The notes under the pieces: generated by a model
Database searches by the model: none
What the model saw: only the letters and a program-made list of their open reading frames with translations
Told to the model about the DNA's origin: nothing
In this document: positions 59,959 to 64,000 of the stretch, piece after piece
How positions within the stretch are numbered: position 1 is the first letter of the stretch
How the letters are laid out: each line of letters starts with the position of its first letter
Assembly (NCBI GenBank): GCA_051530055.1
Contig: CM121341.1
Coordinates: 13,804,784 to 13,868,783 of the forward strand
DNA length: 64,000 nucleotides
Source of the DNA: Neoechinorhynchus agilis
Taxonomy: Eukaryota; Animalia; Acanthocephala
Direction: 5' to 3'
Translations under genes and position numbers: made by a program

Positions 59959-61122
59959 TTCAAGGCAATGATGATGATGATGGGTGTTTAGTCACGACAA
60001 ATTGTCTTTTGCGAAGCTGAATGAAAAGAGACGGTCTTGTGGTAGAACGCGTGCTCTGACTCGCGTTTGAGTGTTCAGTAGAGGAAGCCCTCGTTGAGGG
60101 AGAGGGAAATGTTTCGTGTGCGCTGACGGCTTCTTTCAAATGAATACAGTCCCCTCCCCGCCAATATCGATACACGCCTTGTTTTGAACATTTTCACGCT
60201 ATAACGCCCCACCTCCAATCGATTCTCCCAACCAACCCTCACCGTTTATGCCATCAACACTTTACACTTGTTTTTAACAAATATCCACGACCGTTTCGAT
60301 TGTAATGGATCGAATAGCGTGTATATGTATTTGTGTGTGTATATGGTTTCGAATAACCAATCTAAGAACGTGGAATCTTTTCAGGAAAAAGATTTTGATC
60401 CCGTCGAAAATAGTCAAAATTAAAATAGACGTTTTTTTGCGTTACCATGGTCAAGTAACATAAAAACAACATAATTGTTCTTGGATCGTTTGTGTATTAG
60501 TTGAGACGGCGATTGAGTGAAAAAAAGAGGTAGAAGGTCATTAAATCGGGCCAATATGACAGGCAAGCGCGCTTTGCACTAAAACGCTCACCTTTTTTAG
60601 TCGTTACGAGTATTACCGTCGAAATTGGAGGAGCTCTAAGTATCCGATCATCATCACCATCTAAGCAAATCTCACAAAAGCAGACTTTTGCCAGCTAAAT
60701 AAGCTACGTTCACATTCGCGCCTCATGTACTGTCAAGGGATTGTTACGAAAATCGTCAAGAATAAACGACGAGCGACGAAGCTGCGAGAACGCGCACATG
60801 CAACCGAAGCCTAAATATAGTAGACTTACTGGCTAAAGATTTCGTCTCTGTGTAAACAAATGGTCATTTCAGAAGTGAAATGTAGCGAATCATAACGACC
60901 AAAAGTGACTTCTAAAAGCGTTTAATTTTTTAGCTTGAACTCCTGCACTTCCCACAAAAGCTTGCAGTTTATTTAAAAACTAAGAAAACCCTTGGTAATG
61001 GAATCATTCCGGGTTGTTTTACAGCACATCTCTGTCTAAATACGAGCCTCCGAGGGACTTACCATAGTCACCGGTCGTCCAAAATCGATATTCTCAAATA
61101 CACCTAAACAGGTTTTTCAAAA

Positions 61123-61788
61123 TCAAAACTGAAGCCACAAATTACCTGATCGGTCGCGATCTCTAATATGCCGATCAAATGTTTCCTTATCTACTCTTGC
61201 TTCAATGTAGACGGATTTTCCTTCCATTTGAGCCCGACGTGCTGACTGGTTTAAAGCTCTAAGATATTCTTCTTCACTCACTTTTTTAGTTCCAAGGTTA
61301 ATGAATTCCTTGACTACCCTAACATTAGGCCTTTTCCTCTCAACGACAATTACCTTTCGCTTTAAAGGCTCTTGAGGCCTGTCGATTTTGATGTGTTTAA
61401 TTTTGGGTGGTCCTCGCGGAAGCCATCGTTCTATTAGTATCGGCGCTGGTTTCGGTTGAACCGGTCCGGTTTTCTCGATAATAATAGGCCTTGGTTGTTT
61501 ACGAGCCTGCCTGACATTGATGATTTTTCCACGTTCTTGAGGAGGAGGAAGTTCTCTGTAAACGATTGCGTCGAGGGATTCAACGGCTTCATCTTTTTGA
61601 ACAAGGATAATGGGCAGTGGAGATGGTTGAGGCAGCTCTGCATCCGTCATTTCTATTGTGCTCGGAGGAGGCTGGAGATATCGGACAAATACCGGCTGAG
61701 TCATTGTCTTGTCAGAGACTTGAGCCTCTCGTTGGACCGTTTCTATGATTATCTGCTCTCCCTCGCGTCCATTCGATGAGCGTTCCAT
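61123..61788 (-). CDS. Pro/Ile/Arg-rich repetitive protein with an IERWLP motif, single exon
   Basis: 221-aa ORF: VRYLQPPP, PIILVQ, YRELPPPQ, PIIIEK, PILIERWLP, VVKEFINLG. Confidence 0.75.
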   Translation of the reverse strand: MERSSNGREGEQIIIETVQREAQVSDKTMTQPVFVRYLQPPPSTIEMTDAELPQPSPLPIILVQKDEAVESLDAIVYRELPPPQERGKIINVRQARKQPRPIIIEKTGPVQPKPAPILIERWLPRGPPKIKHIKIDRPQEPLKRKVIVVERKRPNVRVVKEFINLGTKKVSEEEYLRALNQSARRAQMEGKSVYIEARVDKETFDRHIRDRDRSGNLWLQF

Positions 61789-63340
61789 GGATTATGTTTA
61801 TGTCTTTGCGGCGAGAGAAGGAAAACGAGAAGTTTGATTACAAAGTTTCTTGAATAAAAAGAAAGGTGCCGTTGGAATGAGTCTTTTCGTGTGCGACGGC
61901 ACAAGGTGGTTAAAAATGAGACATTTTAAAAAGAGGTGCACTCGCTCCCGAACACACACATTGGAAAATCATATAGTGCACTGGTAAATCGTTAATATCA
62001 TGGAGAAAATCGATTTACTGTTTGTATCCAACTTCCTGCCCAATTGCCGACGTTTCGGAAATTTATTCTTTCCATCTTCAGGGTACGAAGGGAACAGCGA
62101 AAATGAAAATGCGGATCGCAAATGATCAGTGTGGACATTTTAAAAGGACGGGGGAATACGATGAGCACTGTATTACCAACCTTAAAAATGAAATTGATTA
62201 TCAACTGTGACGCAGTAAATCAATTACTCGCCAATACCTCGTACAAATAAAAAGACTCCTATTCACGTTCTCGGACTTTTTAGACCGTGATAGACTTTAA
62301 AATCTGACACAATTGTACGTTTTGCATAAGTTATTCGATGAAATACCTTAAGCCCTTTGATGCCACTTTCTGGCAATATAGAAATGATAAATGTTGTTAA
62401 ATCAATCTTACATTATTTTTTAATACTGAACTGTACCTCCTTTCAGCGTTTTTTGAGTAACTTATATTAAAAGTACAGTGATCATTATTAAAAAGGAAGG
62501 ATATTTTGAATTATAAGTGCATTAGTACTTCAGTTGTAACTCCTCACCGTCTTCAAAGCTTTAAATTAAATGTTCGTAGCACTCAAAAGTTTTATTTTTA
62601 GGTTGAACTACAAAAGGATACCGAACGAAACGCAATTTAAGATTCGCGAGATTTTTGCGCTTTCATTCGATGAACAATCCTGAATTCTGTGTACGTTTTG
62701 ATTGTGTTTCGGATGTTCGGCATTGCTAATAAAAATGATTAAGTAGAGGAAATGGCTCAGTTTTTGCCACAATCTTAAGGGGAATATTTGACGACAAACT
62801 TCAAGAATATTCGTCTTTTTTGTAACCAATGAACCAATATCAAAGCACCATTTTTCTTCAAGAAAAGTCCAGTTTGGTTCATTAGAAAATGGTTGCTGGT
62901 ACAAAATCGGATATAATGTTGACTCTTAATAGTTCGATTATTCATCAGTGGTAATTGAAAAGGTGAATAAATTCAAGTTTTGTCCCAAACTGGTGTTCCT
63001 ATAAAATCACTTTTTTCTGAGAAGAGTAATTCAAGAACAAATATCGCACATTTAGCAAAAACGATTCTCCAATCTTCAATGCGGACGTTTTCCCTTTATT
63101 GACCAATAACCATAATTTCCATTGCTAAGATTCTTCGACCCGGTTTTCATCGCCCCGTTATTCCAATATTCTTCATTTAATCAATTGGTATTGATTTTAT
63201 CGATAAGACACGATTCACGTGGTTTATGGCAAATATATCACTTAGAAAAAGATCGCGAATGATTAGATGTCCATTATAGGTTAAATAACTCAGTCTTCCA
63301 TGAGCTATTTGATCATTTGAACATCAATGTATGTTCATGA

Positions 63341-63447
63341 CGCTCAGAAGCCACCCTGACCTACCTGTTAGACCCGAAAAAGTCCGACGAAATATTTTGT
63401 GCAAGAAATTGATCTCTGTTTCTCATAACCAAACAAAATATATCCAT
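63341..63447. repeat. Dispersed repeat B, copy 2
   Basis: Homologous to 34955-35066. Confidence 0.6.
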
Positions 63448-64000
63448 ATTATTATTAAAACTCACGCCTCATACAAACAAATACACAAATCAGTTCCTTA
63501 ATTCTTTAGTTTATGCGTTCCAGCATGTCCGGGCCCAAGACAACTGTGAGTTGAGGGACGATCTAACCACTTCTGTACAGTGAAAAACTATAGAAATGGA
63601 GTCGTCGAAATCGCTCGGCGTTCACATATTGAAGCAAATTTAAAAGAAATCATAAAATTTAATACTAAGATTCGCAGTGATCCGAGCACGATAATATAGA
63701 CCGAGCTACGAAGAGTCCTAAATCCTCTAAAATTAAACCGAACCTAAAAACGCTTCACAATTGAAGCTTTGACCACAGAAAAGCGAGCTCAAATAGAAGC
63801 AAAAATCAGAGTTGAAATGAATTACGATTTTCGAAACTCTTGTTTAAACACTTTAATATTTACAGCGCTGCCTTAAATCAAGTGATTTCGTTAACAATAA
63901 AGGTAAATTCGATCTTTACCTTTAATAGACCACAAAAGACTCCAGTGATCGCTAAATCTTCCTGTGGTGTTTGCTCAAGTTTAGACATGTGAAAAATGGA

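Noticed and set aside
315-61779. Numerous 60-130-aa ORFs antisense to or overlapping real genes
   Set aside because: Shadow frames of conserved coding sequence with no motifs; NDC1 is the only antisense case with recognisable homology.
62850-63190. Minus-strand frame that stays open if TGA is read as Trp (possible organellar insert)
   Set aside because: The translation resembles no mitochondrial protein I recognise; probably decayed TE or chance.

Overview
AT-rich, gene-dense eukaryotic (metazoan) DNA with short GT-AG introns, mostly about 40-80 nt, and unusually long exons. The organism cannot be named. One ORF (61123-61788) resembles a Pro/Ile/Arg-rich family I recall from rotifers, so a gnathiferan or syndermatan origin is a hypothesis only. 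In order, the window holds: the 3' part of a CRE-clade (RT + REL endonuclease) retrotransposon whose poly(A) abuts a 141-bp tandem repeat; an intronless 3-KH hnRNP-K-like gene; an RTE fragment; about 35 copies of a 150-bp satellite with a 1359-bp higher-order repeat, interrupted by a 5'-truncated Penelope-like element ending in a degenerate hammerhead ribozyme; class II PI3K; a decayed LINE; a cluster of orphan secreted or membrane ORFs around SAYSD1; several MITEs; THADA; a CD225/dispanin gene; a Cys-rich prepropeptide; POLA1 followed 51 bp later by MRPL21; two tandem glycogen phosphorylases, one with 11 introns and NDC1 nested antisense in intron 10, the other with 3 introns and patchy near-identical tracts; M6PR; PPIH and coronin tail-to-tail. 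Several single-base frame breaks in homopolymers and a deletion-riddled satellite stretch suggest residual long-read errors, so apparent frameshifts and stops need caution. Exon boundaries and vertebrate comparisons were made by eye and from memory; no searches were run.
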